Positions 7,815 through 16,609 of a stretch of 64,000 nt of DNA are shown here, piece by piece. The translations under genes were made by a program, and so were the position numbers. Origin of the DNA: Clostridia bacterium (GTDB lineage: Bacteria > Bacillota > Clostridia > Christensenellales > Aristaeellaceae); NCBI GenBank assembly GCA_017547805.1, contig JAFYOR010000064.1:24578-88577 (forward strand), read 5' to 3'. Numbering within the stretch: the first letter of the stretch is position 1; each line of letters starts with the position of its first letter. The notes beneath the pieces were generated by a model. That model saw nothing but the letters and a program-made list of their open reading frames with translations, was not told the origin of the DNA and ran no database searches.

Positions 7815-9224
7815 ATGAAAAAGTTTATGGACGCCGACTTCCTGCTTGAAAGCGAAGTCGCGAAGAAGCTCTACCACGACTATGCGGAGCATATGCCGAT
7901 TTACGACTATCACTGTCACATCTCTCCGGCGCAGATCGCTGCCAACCACAAGTTTGAAAACATCGGCGAGCTGATGCTCGGCGGCGACCACTACAAGTGG
8001 CGCGTGATGTTCTCCAACGGCGTGGAGGACAAGTACTGCCGTGGCGACGCGACCTGGTTTGAAAAGTGGATGGCGTTCGCCTCTTCCCTCAAGTACTGCG
8101 TCGGCAACCCGATGTACCACTGGACGCATCTTGAGCTCAAGCGCGTTTTCGGCATCGAGGAAGTGCTCAGCGAGAAGACCGCCGAGGACATCTGGAACCG
8201 TGCCAATGCGCTGCTGGCAACTGAAGAATACCGCTGCCACGGCCTGATCAAGAAGTTCGGCGTTAAGCTCATCTGCACCACCGACGACCCGATCGACGAT
8301 CTGGCGGCGCATGCGGAAATCGCCAAGCAGAACAACCCGTTCAAGGTTTACCCGGCCTGGCGCCCGGACAAGGCGATCAACATCGACAAGGTCGGTTTCG
8401 TCGAGTACATGGCGAAGCTCTCCGAGGTTGCCGGCGTGAAGTTTGAGACCATCGACGACGTCGTTAAGGCGCTGGACATCCGTCTGGATTACTTCCATGC
8501 GCATGACGCCCGCCTGGCTGACCACGGCATGGACACCGTGCCCTACGCCAAGCCCGACGCGGAAGCGGCGACCAAGGCCCTGAAGGCGGCGCTTGCCGGC
8601 GAGGAAGTCTGTGAGTACGGCGTTGCCGTTTACAAGACCTACCTGATGGTCAAGCTCGGCGCGATGTACAAGAAGCGCGGCTGGGTGCAGCAGTACCACA
8701 TGGGCGCGATGCGCAACAACAATCCGCGCATGTTCGAGATGTACGGCCCGGACGTCGGATTTGACTCCATCAACGACACCTGCATCGCCGAGAACCTGTC
8801 CCACCTGATGGCGGATCAGGAGCGCACCGGCGACCTGCCCAAGACCATCCTTTACTGCCTCAACCCGAAGGACAACTACGTTATCGGCACGATGCTGGGC
8901 AACTTCCAGGGCGAAGGCATCCCGGGCAAGATCCAGTTCGGTTCCGGCTGGTGGTTCTGCGATCAGCAGTTCGGCATGATCGAGCAGATGAAGTCTCTGG
9001 CTTCCCTGGGTCTGCTGGGCCGCTTCGTGGGCATGCTGACCGACTCCCGTTCCTTCATCTCCTACACCCGTCACGAGTACTTCCGCCGCATCCTGTGCAA
9101 CCTGATCGGTCACTGGGTTGAGAACGGCGAGTATCCGGAAGACTATGAGGTGCTCGGCGAGATCGTCAAGGGCATCTGCTACAACAACGCCGTCGCTTAC
9201 TTCGGCATGGACGTTGACTGCTGA
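7815..9224 (+). CDS. uxaC: glucuronate isomerase
   Basis: MKKFMDADFLLESEVAKKLYHDYAEHMPIYDYHCHISP matches the conserved UxaC N-terminus. Start set at ATG 7815, 9 nt after GGAGG. Confidence 0.92.
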   Translation: MKKFMDADFLLESEVAKKLYHDYAEHMPIYDYHCHISPAQIAANHKFENIGELMLGGDHYKWRVMFSNGVEDKYCRGDATWFEKWMAFASSLKYCVGNPMYHWTHLELKRVFGIEEVLSEKTAEDIWNRANALLATEEYRCHGLIKKFGVKLICTTDDPIDDLAAHAEIAKQNNPFKVYPAWRPDKAINIDKVGFVEYMAKLSEVAGVKFETIDDVVKALDIRLDYFHAHDARLADHGMDTVPYAKPDAEAATKALKAALAGEEVCEYGVAVYKTYLMVKLGAMYKKRGWVQQYHMGAMRNNNPRMFEMYGPDVGFDSINDTCIAENLSHLMADQERTGDLPKTILYCLNPKDNYVIGTMLGNFQGEGIPGKIQFGSGWWFCDQQFGMIEQMKSLASLGLLGRFVGMLTDSRSFISYTRHEYFRRILCNLIGHWVENGEYPEDYEVLGEIVKGICYNNAVAYFGMDVDC

Positions 9225-9234
9225 GGAGTGCGCG

Positions 9235-9564
9235 ATGCTGACTTTTGCCAAGCACGATGAAGTAAAGCTCATCGAACTGCCCGGCGGCATGACCCGCCGC
9301 ATCCTCTGCCATAACCCTGAGATGATGGCGGTGGAGGTCGGCTTTGAGGCCGGCGCTGTCGGCGCGGATCACGTGCATCCGCATACGCAGATTTCGTATG
9401 TCATTTCCGGCGAGTTTACCTATCACATCGAAGGCGAGACGCGCGTCATGCTGCCCGGAGATTCCATCGTCGTTGATGGCGGCAAGGTGCATGGCTGCGC
9501 CTGCGTGAAGGCGGGCACCCTGCTGGACATCTTCACCCCGATGCGCGAGGATTTCGTCAAGTAA
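9235..9564 (+). CDS. cupin-fold protein, KdgF-like by size and context
   Basis: About 109 aa from ATG 9235 with cupin His motifs (GADHVHPHTQ, VHG). It sits between uxaC and eda. Confidence 0.7.
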   Translation: MLTFAKHDEVKLIELPGGMTRRILCHNPEMMAVEVGFEAGAVGADHVHPHTQISYVISGEFTYHIEGETRVMLPGDSIVVDGGKVHGCACVKAGTLLDIFTPMREDFVK

Positions 9565-9605
9565 TCAATTTATCTATCCGATAAGGATTTCAGGAGGTAA
9601 TACCC

Positions 9606-10562
9606 ATGGACGTTATGAAGCAGCTTTCCAAGATCGGCATCGTGCCGGTTATCGCTATCAACGACGCGGCTGACGCTGTGCCGCTTGCCAAGGCCCTCAT
9701 CGAGGGCGGCCTGCCCTGCGCGGAGGTCACCTTCCGTACCGCCGCCGCTGCGGATGCCATCAAGGCGATGAGCGACGCGTTCCCGGAGATGGTCGTCGGC
9801 GCGGGCACCGTGCTGACCACCGAACAGGTTGACCGTGCGGTTGCCGCCGGCGCGAAGTTCATCGTTTCCCCGGGCCTCAACCCGACCACCGTCAAGTACT
9901 GCCAGGAGATCGGCGTCCCGGTTTGCCCGGGCACCGCGAACCCGAGCGATATCGAAGTGGCTCTGTCTCTGGGCCTTAAGACCGTCAAGTTCTTCCCGGC
10001 GGAAGCGGCGGGCGGCCTGAAGTACATCAAGTCCATCGCGGCGCCCTACGGTGACGTGACCTTCATGCCCACCGGCGGCGTGTCCGAAAAGAACCTGCTG
10101 GACTACCTCTCCTTCAAGAAGATCATCTGCTGCGGCGGCTCCTGGATGGTGCCGGGCGACGCGATCAAGGACAAGGATTGGGATCGCATCAAGGCGCTGA
10201 CCGCCTCCGCCGTGCAGCTCATGCTGGGCCTTGAGATCGCGCACGTTGGCATCAACTGCGAGAACGAAGAGGAAGCCATGGACGCGGCGACCAAGCTGTG
10301 CAAGATGCTCGGCTGGGCGCTGAAGGTCGGCAACAGCTCCATCTTCGCCGGCACGGGCGTTGAGGTCATGAAGAAGCCGGGCCGCGGCAAGAACGGCCAC
10401 ATCGGCATCAAGACCAACTTCATCGAGCGCGCGAAGAACTATCTGGAGACCCAGGGCTTCGAGTTCGACGAGGAGAGCGCGGTTGTCAAGGACGGCGCGC
10501 TGAAGGCCATCTACATCAAGGGCGAGATCGCCGGCTTCGCTATCCACCTCGTCCAGAAGTAA
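9606..10562 (+). CDS. eda: KDPG/KHG aldolase fused to a C-terminal VOC/glyoxalase-like domain of about 105 aa
   Basis: The first roughly 210 aa match Eda (VPVIAI, AEVTFRT, GAGTVL, KFFPAE, MPTGG). The tail LEIAHVGINCENEEEA...GHIGIKT...GFAIHL resembles a VOC fold. Confidence 0.85.
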   Translation: MDVMKQLSKIGIVPVIAINDAADAVPLAKALIEGGLPCAEVTFRTAAAADAIKAMSDAFPEMVVGAGTVLTTEQVDRAVAAGAKFIVSPGLNPTTVKYCQEIGVPVCPGTANPSDIEVALSLGLKTVKFFPAEAAGGLKYIKSIAAPYGDVTFMPTGGVSEKNLLDYLSFKKIICCGGSWMVPGDAIKDKDWDRIKALTASAVQLMLGLEIAHVGINCENEEEAMDAATKLCKMLGWALKVGNSSIFAGTGVEVMKKPGRGKNGHIGIKTNFIERAKNYLETQGFEFDEESAVVKDGALKAIYIKGEIAGFAIHLVQK

Positions 10563-10673
10563 GCACCTGCGGTGCGGCTGCATTGCTTCGCGGCGGTGTA
10601 AGCCGCTGCGTTCGGGCGGAGGGCCCTCCGCAGCTGAGAGTTGCGGAAGAAATGGAATTTTTGCCAAAAGCAC

Positions 10674-10710
10674 GAAACCGGAGACGAAAGTCTCCGGTTT
10701 CTTTCTTATT
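10674..10710 (+). terminator. terminator after eda
   Basis: GAAACCGGAGAC-GAAA-GTCTCCGGTTTC (12-bp stem) followed by TTTCTTATT. Confidence 0.8.
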
Positions 10711-10722
10711 ATGGCTCAATGG

Positions 10723-10912
10723 CTTAAAGCTGCGCGAAGCGATGTGGGGTCAAGGGGCTCAGCCCCTTGGCAGGCAGGCGAAGCGTCTGGAATCGCAAGG
10801 AGCAGCAGATTGCTGCGACTATGCGAATTCCCTGGATCGGCAGCCCAACGCATCCCAAGCCTTCCCCTTTGGGGAAGGTGTATCGCCGAAGGCGAGACGG
10901 ATGAGGTCTCCG
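10723..10912 (+). repeat. Family-2 repeat, copy 2 (divergent, long internal cassette)
   Basis: It starts CTTAAAGCTGCGCGAAGCGA. Farther along it has the family's GGCAGCCCAACG block, which is followed by a further GC-rich hairpin tail. The interior has different hairpins (CAAGGGGC-TCA-GCCCCTTG, GCAGCA-GAT-TGCTGC), a second GCGAAGC and a CGCCGAAGGCG mini-hairpin. Confidence 0.65.
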
Positions 10913-10915
10913 CCC

Positions 10916-12985
10916 TTACCCTTCGCAGTAAAAATCGTCCTTTTTTTCCGACATGACGAGATAGCACTCTTTTCCGTAGAGCAGCCTTGCCGGAACGCGC
11001 CACGCCTTGCCGGTATAGAAATTGTCGGCAACCAGCTGACCGTCTGCGTAAATCTGCGCGGCGTCGTAGTCTTCCCGGATGTGAATCAATCCTTCGCCGG
11101 ATGTGACCTCGACGCGCATCCATGTGCGCTTTCTCGCGCCGCCGAGTTCCAGCTCGCGCGCGTAGGGCGGCGCAAAAGGCTCGCTGACGGGCGTAAGCTT
11201 GCAGACGGCGGGGATAAAGTCAAGCTGCACATGGCGCTGGGCAAAGCTGCCCTCTTCATACACGCAGTAGTCAAAGCTGCCGTTCTCGACAGCGCGGATT
11301 TTGCCGCCGAGCGAATAAAGATTGACGTTTTCGCCGACATACAGGCGGCTTTCCAGCCTGCGCGTGAACCGCGCCTGATCCCATGCGAGGGTGATGATGC
11401 GCGAATCGCCGGCGTCAAACGCCGAATGAAGACCGGCTTCGGGGCGGACGGTCCTTGTGCTGCCGTTTGCAAGCGTGATATCGTACTGCGCGGGGATGCC
11501 CGGGATTTCGGCAAAGAAGAACGTATTGCCCTCCCGGCATAGCGGCTGCGCCGTCGCGCAGCGGATGACGGCGCCGTCAAGCGGCATATTCACCGGCAGG
11601 AAGAAGCTGACGTCGCCCCTGACGTCAAGCGCGGGGAAGGCAACGCCCAGCGCGCTGATTTCCGCGCCCCAAACATCGCGAAGCGCCATGCCGCGCTGAT
11701 GATGATTGACAAAGACGAAGCCGGATGCGCCGTCCGTGCGCAGGCAGCAGCGCAGACGGGTGTTGTCCGTGCAGGGCACAAATTCCTCTGCCGGCACGTG
11801 CTCCATCGGCGCAAGCAGAGCGCCGAAGCTATGGGCGAACAGGTGCAGCATGTTGAGCAGGCCGTATTGATCCCGCGCCTCGCCGTACTGGCTCAGGCAG
11901 GTCTGGAAATCGTAATTGAGGATCGGCACGTCGTTGGGATAGCCGGTGTCGGTGGACTCCTGGAAGGTGGAGCACTTGCCGATTTTATTGGTGCCGCCGT
12001 GATACATGTAGTAGCCGATGAGGTTGTTACCGCAGCCCAGCTTCACCAGCGACAGCGCGTAGGCATCCATCGCGGAGACGAGCGGACGGCGGTGATGCGT
12101 GACCTGCAGTCCGCTGCCCAGCTCGCAGGTGGCAAAGGGATAGCGCTCATACGGCAGCCGCCAGCCGCTTTCGTCGGCGTCCTTCATCAGATCCATGCCG
12201 ACGGCGGCGTCGTTGCGGGTGGGATCGAAGGAGAAATGATGCGAAGGCGGGAGTTGCTTAAGCGATGCGTCCCACGGCGCGTCCACATACCCGGCAAAGA
12301 CGGGCAGCATCTCGTCCACGGGCATCTTCGCGCCGTATTGGCTGTTCCAGCCGGTGGCGGTGTACAGCGGCGCGTCATAGCCGATCAAAAGCGCCATGTT
12401 CTTGAGCGCCATCAGGTGTTCGGCCTGATCGACCAGCTCGTTTTCAAACTGAATGCCGATGATCGGGCCGCCATCCCTAAAGAACAGGCCCTTGACCTGT
12501 TCATAGATCTGTTCATACCAGATCCGTGCTTTTTCCATGTATCGCGGATCGTTGCAGCGCAGCGGAATGCCGCTGTGCACAAGCCAGTCCGGGAAGCCGC
12601 CGTTGCGGCATTCGCCGTGCGCCCATGGACCGATGCGGATGATAACCTCCAGTCCCTGCGCGGCGCATTGCGTGATGAACGCGCGGATATCAAGATCGCC
12701 GGAGAAGTCAAATTCGCCTTCGATCTCTTCATGATAGATCCAGAACAGATACGTCGCGACGATGCCGACGCCGCCGGCCTTGATCTTCGCCAGCTCGGCT
12801 GCCCAGTTTTCCCGGCTGTCGCGGCAGAAGTGGTACTCGCCCATGACGGGGATGACGGGCGTCGCGTCTCTTTTGATATACAGGCTGTTGACGGCGATTT
12901 CTTCGCCCTGCGGATTCTTGCCGCCCATGCGCAGATGACCGCTGAGGACGGGCGAGGGATGATAGGGCTTAAAGCGGATGCGCAT
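10916..12985 (-). CDS. beta-galactosidase, glycoside hydrolase family 35
   Basis: GEYHF, TYLFWIYHE, IRIGPWAHGECRNGGFPDW and FENE motifs typical of GH35. GGGAGG RBS. Confidence 0.85.
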   Translation of the reverse strand: MRIRFKPYHPSPVLSGHLRMGGKNPQGEEIAVNSLYIKRDATPVIPVMGEYHFCRDSRENWAAELAKIKAGGVGIVATYLFWIYHEEIEGEFDFSGDLDIRAFITQCAAQGLEVIIRIGPWAHGECRNGGFPDWLVHSGIPLRCNDPRYMEKARIWYEQIYEQVKGLFFRDGGPIIGIQFENELVDQAEHLMALKNMALLIGYDAPLYTATGWNSQYGAKMPVDEMLPVFAGYVDAPWDASLKQLPPSHHFSFDPTRNDAAVGMDLMKDADESGWRLPYERYPFATCELGSGLQVTHHRRPLVSAMDAYALSLVKLGCGNNLIGYYMYHGGTNKIGKCSTFQESTDTGYPNDVPILNYDFQTCLSQYGEARDQYGLLNMLHLFAHSFGALLAPMEHVPAEEFVPCTDNTRLRCCLRTDGASGFVFVNHHQRGMALRDVWGAEISALGVAFPALDVRGDVSFFLPVNMPLDGAVIRCATAQPLCREGNTFFFAEIPGIPAQYDITLANGSTRTVRPEAGLHSAFDAGDSRIITLAWDQARFTRRLESRLYVGENVNLYSLGGKIRAVENGSFDYCVYEEGSFAQRHVQLDFIPAVCKLTPVSEPFAPPYARELELGGARKRTWMRVEVTSGEGLIHIREDYDAAQIYADGQLVADNFYTGKAWRVPARLLYGKECYLVMSEKKDDFYCEG

Positions 12986-13021
12986 AAGACAATTCCTCCC
13001 AAATGACAGCGGCCGTATGGC

Positions 13022-13459
13022 TTAGTCCTTCTGCTCCCTGCGCTTGATGACCATTTCCGTTACATTGGACAGGACGCAGACGCCGTGCTGGTTGCAGATG
13101 GTGACGGTGACTTCCACGATGCCGTTGCGGGCATTTCGGACGGTCAGTGCGGTAACCTCTGACCGGGCATACAGCGTATCGCCGGCATACACGGGCTTGT
13201 GCCATTCAATCTTTGTGGACTTTCCGGCGATCAGCTCGTCGCCAAAGAGATTCTGAGAAAGAAAGCTGGCCCAAACGGACATGAAGGTCATCACGCCCGG
13301 CGCGATCAGCGCGCCGAAGTGCGTGCCTTTGGCATATTCTTCGTCGGTATGGATTGCGATCGGATCGTATTCGCGGGCGAATGCGATCATTTTTTCTTTT
13401 TCAACGACAACGGGTGCAACATCCCATGCGTCATGCAGGGAGAAATCATCAAAATACAT
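13022..13459 (-). CDS. MaoC-like (R)-hydratase/dehydratase, hotdog fold
   Basis: 145 aa; YDPIAIHTDEEYAK..FGALIAPG fits the MaoC dehydratase motif. Confidence 0.75.
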   Translation of the reverse strand: MYFDDFSLHDAWDVAPVVVEKEKMIAFAREYDPIAIHTDEEYAKGTHFGALIAPGVMTFMSVWASFLSQNLFGDELIAGKSTKIEWHKPVYAGDTLYARSEVTALTVRNARNGIVEVTVTICNQHGVCVLSNVTEMVIKRREQKD

Positions 13460-13474
13460 GACTTCGTGTTCCTT

Positions 13475-14635
13475 TTATCCGTTTTCCTTGGGGAGATTTT
13501 TGATGAAGCAGCGGCGGCGCTTGTGCTGCTCATGCTCAAAGAACTTCCACTGGCTCTGGACCTTTTCGTTGGTTTCCAGCGTCGGGCCGCTCTCGGCGTA
13601 GCGGATGCCCATTCTGATCGCGCCCTGAACGATGTGATCCATGACGATTGCATTGATGCCCGAACCCTGAAGCTCCGGCTTGACGGCGATGAGCATCATA
13701 TCCAGCGTATCGTTATACCTGAGCGCGCGCAGGACATGCAGCCAGCCCAGCGGGAAGAGATGGCCGCGGCATTTCTTCATTGCTTCGGCCAGAGAGGGCA
13801 GGCACATGCCGAAGGCGACCAGCTCGTCCTGCTCGTCCATGACCATGCAGAAGAGGTTGGGGTTGATCATCGGGACGAATTCCTTGGCGTATTTATCGAT
13901 CTGGCTCTGTTCCAGCTCGACCACGCCGTACAGCGGCGCATACGCGGCATTGAGCAGGCCAAAAACCTGATTGATCTGCTTTGTCGTGATGTCCTTGGAG
14001 CTCCTGATATCGACCTTGTGCAGCTTCTTGCGCTTGAGCACCCACTCGGACAGGCGGCTGAGCTTCTGGGCGGTTTCGCTGTCGGCTGTGGGGAGCGTGA
14101 TGAGATTCTCCACCCAGTCGGTATCCTTGCCGTAGCCAAGGGCCTCCAGATGGTCTTTGTAGTAGGGATGATTGTAGTAGGTGATGAACATGCCGCGGCG
14201 GTCAAAGCCTTCCACCAGCATGCCTTCGCGGTTGAGATCGCAGAAGCCCAGCGGACCGTGCACCTGATCGCAGCCCTTTTCCCGCGCCCAGTTTTCTACG
14301 GCGCCAAAAAGGGCTGCGGAAACCTCGCGATCGTCGATAAAATCGACCTGAGAAAAGCGCATGCGCTTCGTGTTCCACGTTTCGTTGGCTCTGTGGCTGA
14401 GGATTGCGCCGATTCTGCCGACGATCTTTCCGTCTCTGTATGCAAGGAAGCACTTGGTCTCGCAGTAGGAGAATGCGGGATTCTTCCTGGGATCCCAGTC
14501 GTTGAGATCATCGGAGAAGAGCGCGGGGACAAACGCCTCTACGTCTTTGTAGAGGATGTTGGGAAAATCCACAAACCGGCGAAGGTCAGCCTTAGAGGTG
14601 ATTTCGCGGATTTCGATGCTGCTGTGTTTTGTCAT
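13475..14635 (-). CDS. GNAT-family N-acetyltransferase, long (386 aa) form
   Basis: The C-terminal part shows an acetyl-CoA-binding-like segment (LIAVKPELQGSGINAIV). AGGAGA RBS 7 nt upstream. Confidence 0.65.
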   Translation of the reverse strand: MTKHSSIEIREITSKADLRRFVDFPNILYKDVEAFVPALFSDDLNDWDPRKNPAFSYCETKCFLAYRDGKIVGRIGAILSHRANETWNTKRMRFSQVDFIDDREVSAALFGAVENWAREKGCDQVHGPLGFCDLNREGMLVEGFDRRGMFITYYNHPYYKDHLEALGYGKDTDWVENLITLPTADSETAQKLSRLSEWVLKRKKLHKVDIRSSKDITTKQINQVFGLLNAAYAPLYGVVELEQSQIDKYAKEFVPMINPNLFCMVMDEQDELVAFGMCLPSLAEAMKKCRGHLFPLGWLHVLRALRYNDTLDMMLIAVKPELQGSGINAIVMDHIVQGAIRMGIRYAESGPTLETNEKVQSQWKFFEHEQHKRRRCFIKNLPKENG

Positions 14636-14681
14636 ATGCTGTTCTCCTGCGGCATGCCGCGGTCATCGGTAGTATGGGCAA

Positions 14682-15155
14682 TCAGGAACTGTAAAGCAGG
14701 GATTCAATGAATCGGATCTTCTCGTGGTCCTTCTTGTTCCGGGTGTTGATCCGGTAGCCGTCCTTCGCGGAAGCGGTATACACCTTAAGATACTGCTCAA
14801 GGGAAAGAAGCTGAAAGGGGACGCCGTTGTCCGTTCGCTGCGCAATGTCCGTCAGGCGGATTCCCGCAAAGGAGCCAAGCTCCTCGATGCAGGCGTAGGC
14901 GAAATGAACGCCGTCCTTTTCAAATTCGTGTTCATGCTCGTCAATGAGCGTGTAGCCGTGCTTTTCCAGCAGGGCTTTGAGCGCCTGCCATTTTTCCCCG
15001 ACATAAACGCCGGGAATCAGGATGTCGACGTCATCTGCATTCAGCGGCTTGCCTGTCAGGTATTCCAGCCCGAGGGAGCCGTACATCAGCGGAAGGATGC
15101 CGAGCGTGCGCAGTAGACGGGCGTTTTCAAGGAAGGCTGCGGTTTTGCTGTTCAT
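14682..15155 (-). CDS. nucleotidyltransferase-fold protein (Lnu/ANT-like minimal NTase)
   Basis: GSLGLEYLTGKPLNADDVDILIP fits the G-S...D-x-D NTase signature. Its ATG overlaps the rlmD stop as ATGA. Confidence 0.55.
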   Translation of the reverse strand: MNSKTAAFLENARLLRTLGILPLMYGSLGLEYLTGKPLNADDVDILIPGVYVGEKWQALKALLEKHGYTLIDEHEHEFEKDGVHFAYACIEELGSFAGIRLTDIAQRTDNGVPFQLLSLEQYLKVYTASAKDGYRINTRNKKDHEKIRFIESLLYSS

Positions 15156-16522
15156 GCGTCTTCTCCCGTGCTGCGCGCAAAGCACATCACCGTCTCCACT
15201 GCGCCCGTCCAGCAGAACATGTCCACGCACTGCACTGCCGTTGCGGTATAGCCGCCCTCGGTCAGGAGCTTGGCGTCGCGCGCGAGCGTCGGCGCGCCGC
15301 AGGAGACGTAGACCACGCGCTCCGGCTGCGCCTTGATGATTGCCTCCAAAACCTGCGGCTCGCAGCCCTTGCGCGGCGGATCCACGACGATCACGTCCGG
15401 GCGAAGGCCGTTTTCCACCAGCTTGGGCAGCAGCTCTTCCGTTGCGCCGACGAGGAATTCGGCGTTGCTTACGCCGTTGGCCGCAGCGTTTTTCTTCGCG
15501 TTGTCGATCGCCTCCGGGACGATTTCAATGCCGATGACGCGCCTGGCCTTTTTTGCCAGCATCAGGGAAATCGTGCCCGCGCCGCAGTAGGCGTCCACGA
15601 CGGTCTCTTCGCCAGAGAGCTGCGCGTAGTCAAGCGCAAGGCCGTAGAGCTTCTCCGTCTGCACGGGGTTGACCTGAAAGAAGGAAAGCGGGGAAACCTC
15701 AAAGCGCAGGCCGTGGATGGTGTCCTCCATCACGGCTTCTCCCCAGAGCACGCGGATGTCCGTGCCGAGGATGACGTTGGTGCGCTTGCTGTTGATGGAC
15801 AGGCACACGCTCACAAGCCCCGGAACGGCCTTTTTAAGCAGTTCGATGAGCAGCGGCTGATTGGGAATCTGCGCAGAGGTGACGACGAGCACGACCATGA
15901 GCTTTCCGTCGGTCGTGCAGCGGGTCATGATGTGGCGCACCAGTCCCCTGCCGGATACCTCGTCATAGGCGCGCACGCCGGTCTTCTTCATCCACGCAAG
16001 CACCGCCTGCGTCGCATCGCGGGAGTCCTCGCCCTGAATGCGGCAGCCCTGCTTTGGCAGGGGGATGAGATCGTGGCTGCGCGGGGCGAAGAAGCCGCAG
16101 GCCGGCTCGCCCTTGATGTCGGCGACGGGGTACGCGCCCTTGTTGCGATAGGCGAACGGCACCTCCATGCCCAGCACGGATGGAACCGTGATATCAAGCC
16201 CGCCGACGCGGCGCAGCAGCTCCTGCACCTGACTCTGCTTGAAGCGCAGGCTCGTGTCATACGTCATGTGCTGGCAGGAACAGCCGCCGCAGCGCTTGTA
16301 GGCGGGGCAGAACGGCTCGGCGCGGTCGGGGCTTTTTTCAAGCAGCTGTTCCACACGCCCAAAGGCGTAGCGCTTTTCCGGCTTGACGATGCGCACCAGG
16401 GCGCGCTCGCCCGGCAGAAGACCGGGCACAAACACGGCGATGCCGTCGTGACGGCATACGCCCTGCGCATCCTGACCGAAGCCCTCGCAGGTCATTTCAA
16501 AGATGGCGTTTCTAGAAAGCAT
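15152..16522 (-). CDS. rlmD: 23S rRNA (uracil-C5)-methyltransferase, RlmD/RumA family
   Basis: N-terminal TRAM-like domain, Cys cluster CPAYKRCGGCSCQHM, SAM motif DAYCGAGT and catalytic VSCGAPTLARD. Confidence 0.88.
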   Translation of the reverse strand: MLSRNAIFEMTCEGFGQDAQGVCRHDGIAVFVPGLLPGERALVRIVKPEKRYAFGRVEQLLEKSPDRAEPFCPAYKRCGGCSCQHMTYDTSLRFKQSQVQELLRRVGGLDITVPSVLGMEVPFAYRNKGAYPVADIKGEPACGFFAPRSHDLIPLPKQGCRIQGEDSRDATQAVLAWMKKTGVRAYDEVSGRGLVRHIMTRCTTDGKLMVVLVVTSAQIPNQPLLIELLKKAVPGLVSVCLSINSKRTNVILGTDIRVLWGEAVMEDTIHGLRFEVSPLSFFQVNPVQTEKLYGLALDYAQLSGEETVVDAYCGAGTISLMLAKKARRVIGIEIVPEAIDNAKKNAAANGVSNAEFLVGATEELLPKLVENGLRPDVIVVDPPRKGCEPQVLEAIIKAQPERVVYVSCGAPTLARDAKLLTEGGYTATAVQCVDMFCWTGAVETVMCFARSTGEDA

Positions 16523-16552
16523 GAAATCCTCCGTCGCGCATTGATTGATGTC

Positions 16553-16597
16553 TGAAAAAACAAAGGGATTTCCGGGGCGGGTGCTCCGGAAATCCCC
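16553..16597 (-). terminator. terminator after the second pfk gene
   Basis: On the minus strand, GGGATTTCCGG-loop-CCGGAAATCCC is followed by TTTGTTTTTT. Confidence 0.75.
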
Positions 16598-16609
16598 GTG
16601 GGCATTTGC

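Noticed and set aside
9118-9234. Upstream extension of the cupin ORF (track start 9118)
   Set aside because: It overlaps the 3' end of uxaC in another frame. The conserved cupin sequence begins at ATG 9235, just after the uxaC stop.
7788-9302. 504-aa ORF on the minus strand
   Set aside because: It is antisense to uxaC (a near-textbook N-terminus on the plus strand).
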